NCBI GenBank assembly: GCA_964187785.1
Contig: OZ076409.1
Coordinates: 32,676,001-32,740,000, forward strand
Direction: 5' to 3'
Source of the DNA: Amphiscolops sp. MND2022
Taxonomy: Eukaryota
Length of the DNA stretch: 64,000 bases
This document shows, piece after piece, positions 61,782 through 64,000 of this stretch. A program made the translations under genes and the position numbers. How positions within the stretch are numbered: the stretch's first letter is position 1; the number at the start of each line of letters is the position of its first letter. The notes beneath the pieces were generated by a model. That model saw nothing but the letters and a program-made list of their open reading frames with translations, was not told the DNA's origin and searched no databases.

Positions 61782-64000
61782 TTTGTGAGGTAGAGAAGTA
61801 TCCGGAGTTGAAGAACTTTCTTCCTTTTTCTGGTATTTGTTCGTCGTCAACCTTTGAACAGATTCCTCGATAGCTGAGTCTATGTTCTTCGGCTTCTTGG
61901 CTTGCGGCTGTTTCGTTGATGTCAGGGTCGGCTTTTTGACAGCCTTTTTTTATCTCCACTTGCTGTTGGTTGTTGAAGCGGTTCAGCTGGTCTTGATGCT
62001 CCGCAAATGGTTGATGATCTCACTGGTCCACTTTTAGAAGACAACGCTGCGACGGACGGCTCATTCGCGTCAATGACAGATGCCAGTTCCGAAGCATGTT
62101 CATCAGCAACATCTGGCTTGGCTTCTCCACTTTTAGTTGGTGGTTTCGGATCAACCATCTCGCCGACAGCTGGCTTGGCTTCTCCACTTTTAGCTGCTCC
62201 TTTCTGAGCAAGTTTCTCTCCGACAACTGGCTTGGCTTCTCCAGTTTTAGCTGGTGGTTTCTGAGCAACTTTCTCTCCGGCAGCTGGCTTGGCTTCTCCA
62301 GGTTTGGCTGGTGGTTCCGGAACAACTATCTTGCCGACAGCTGGCTTGGCTTCTCCACTTTTAGCTGTTGGTTTCTGAGCAACTTTCTCTCCGACAGCTG
62401 GCTTGGCTTCTCCACTTTTAGCTGGTGGTTTCTGAGCAAGTTTCTCTCCGACAACTGGCTTGGCTTGTCCAGGTTTGGCTGGTGGTTCCGGAACAACTAT
62501 CTCGCCGACAGCTGGCCTGGCTTCTCCACTTTTAGCAGGTGGTTTCTGAGCAACTTTCTCTCCGGCAGCTGGCTTGGCTTCTCCAGTTTTAGCTGGTAGT
62601 TTCGGAACAACTATCTCGCCGACAGCTGGCCTGGCTTCTCCACTTTTAGCTGGTGGTTTCTGAGCAAGTTTCTCTCCGACAGCTGGCTTGGTTCCTCCAG
62701 TTTTAGCAGGTGGTTTCTGAGCACCTTTCTCTCCGACAGCTGGCTTGGCTTCTCCACGTTTAGCTTGAGGTTTTGAAGTAAGTTTCTCTACGGCCGCTGG
62801 CTTGGCTTCTCCAGGTTTAGCTGATGGTTCCGAAACAACTATCTCTCCGACAGCTGTTATGTCTTCTCCACTTTTAGCTGGTGGTTTTGAAGCAAGTTTC
62901 TCTCCGACAGCTGGCTTGGCTTCTCCACTTTTAGCAGGTGGTTTTGAAGTAAGTTTCTCTCCGGCAGCTGGCTTGGCTTCTCCACTTTTAGCAGGTGGTT
63001 TTGAAGTAAGTTTCTCTCCGGCAGCTGGCTTGGCTTCTCCACTTTTAGCTGCTCCTTTCTGAGCAAGTTTCTCTCCGACAACTGGCTTGGCTTCTCCAGT
63101 TTTAGCTGGTGGTTTCTGAGCAACTTTCTCTCCGGCAGCTGGCTTGGCTTCTCCACTTTTAGCAGGTGGTTTCTGAGCAACTTTCTCTCCGGCAGCTGGC
63201 TTGGCTTCTCCAGTTTTAGCTGGTAGTTTCGGAACAACTATCTCGCCGACAGCTGGCTTGGCTTCTCCACTTTTAGCTGCTCCTTTCTGAGCAAGTTTCT
63301 CTCCGACAACTGGCTTGGCTTCTCCAGTTTTAGCTGGTGGTTTCTGAGCAACTTTCTCTCCGGCAGCTGGCTTGGCTTCTCCAGGTTTGGCTGGTGGTTC
63401 CGGAACAACTATCTTGCCGACAGCTGGCTTGGCTTCTCCACTTTTAGCTGTTGGTTTCTGAGCAACTTTCTCTCCGACAGCTGGCTTGGCTTCTCCACTT
63501 TTAGCTGGTGGTTTCTGAGCAAGTTTCTCTCCGACAACTGGCTTGGCTTGTCCAGGTTTGGCTGGTGGTTCCGGAACAACTATCTCGCCGACAGCTGGCC
63601 TGGCTTCTCCACTTTTAGCAGGTGGTTTCTGAGCAACTTTCTCTCCGGCAGCTGGCTTGGCTTCTCCAGTTTTAGCTGGTAGTTTCGGAACAACTATCTC
63701 GCCGACAGCTGGCCTGGCTTCTCCACTTTTAGCTGGTGGTTTCTGAGCAAGTTTCTCTCCGACAGCTGGCTTGGTTCCTCCAGTTTTAGCAGGTGGTTTC
63801 TGAGCACCTTTCTCTCCGACAGCTGGCTTGGCTTCTCCACGTTTAGCTTGAGGTTTTGAAGTAAGTTTCTCTACGGCCGCTGGCTTGGCTTCTCCAGGTT
63901 TAGCTGATGGTTCCGAAACAACTATCTCTCCGACAGCTGTTATGTCTTCTCCACTTTTAGCTGGTGGTTTTGAAGCAAGTTTCTCTCCGACAGCTGGCTT
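61782..64000 (-). CDS. Tyrosine recombinase gene, upstream exon with 19-aa repeats (runs off window; one apparent frameshift at T-run 61945-61951)
   Basis: Frame AVGEKLAQKPPAKSGEAKP appears open throughout the array; phase-0 donor AAA|gtaaac at 61782 fits the acceptor at 61425. Confidence 0.6.
62110..64000. repeat. 57-bp tandem repeat (~33 units in window) with a 1083-bp higher-order repeat
   Basis: Variant TCTCCACGTTTAGCTTGAGG at 62751 and 63834 (1083 = 19 x 57). Confidence 0.95.

Noticed and set aside
62020..63237. Alternative-frame and plus-strand ORFs in the 57-bp array
   Set aside because: Shadow frames broken by stops; one minus frame appears continuously open.
42636..64000. One Polinton-like virus using the tyrosine recombinase as its integrase
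   Set aside because: The pPolB is heavily decayed while the recombinase is intact and spliced, and no capsid or ATPase links them. Separate insertions are more likely, though not excluded.

Overview
Eukaryotic (animal-like, intron-containing) DNA made almost entirely of nested mobile elements in the introns of one host gene. (1) 1-16027: decayed Polinton/Maverick (adintovirus-like) element with rve integrase, membrane-protein-like ORF, major capsid and protein-primed PolB. It is tandemly duplicated (~7.4-7.6 kb unit), each copy carries a Helentron/DINE-like insert, and its ORFs carry recurrent 18-21 bp GCGAAGC hairpin insertions. (2) 18991-37764: 18.8 kb Ty3/Gypsy LTR retrotransposon (minus strand) whose pol appears to end in two TARG1-like macrodomains, followed by a ~4.2 kb extra ORF with an SGNH-like domain. 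(3) 38134-40257: four intact exons of an SLC7A14-like cationic amino acid transporter. (4) A long palindrome, MITEs and a second decayed Polinton pPolB (~42636-50000). (5) 50133-56656: non-autonomous BEL/Pao LTR element with a 5-bp TSD. (6) 57823-64000: spliced, nearly intact Crypton-type tyrosine recombinase gene with a long 19-aa repeat N-terminus. All protein family calls are by-eye motif recognition; no database search was run.
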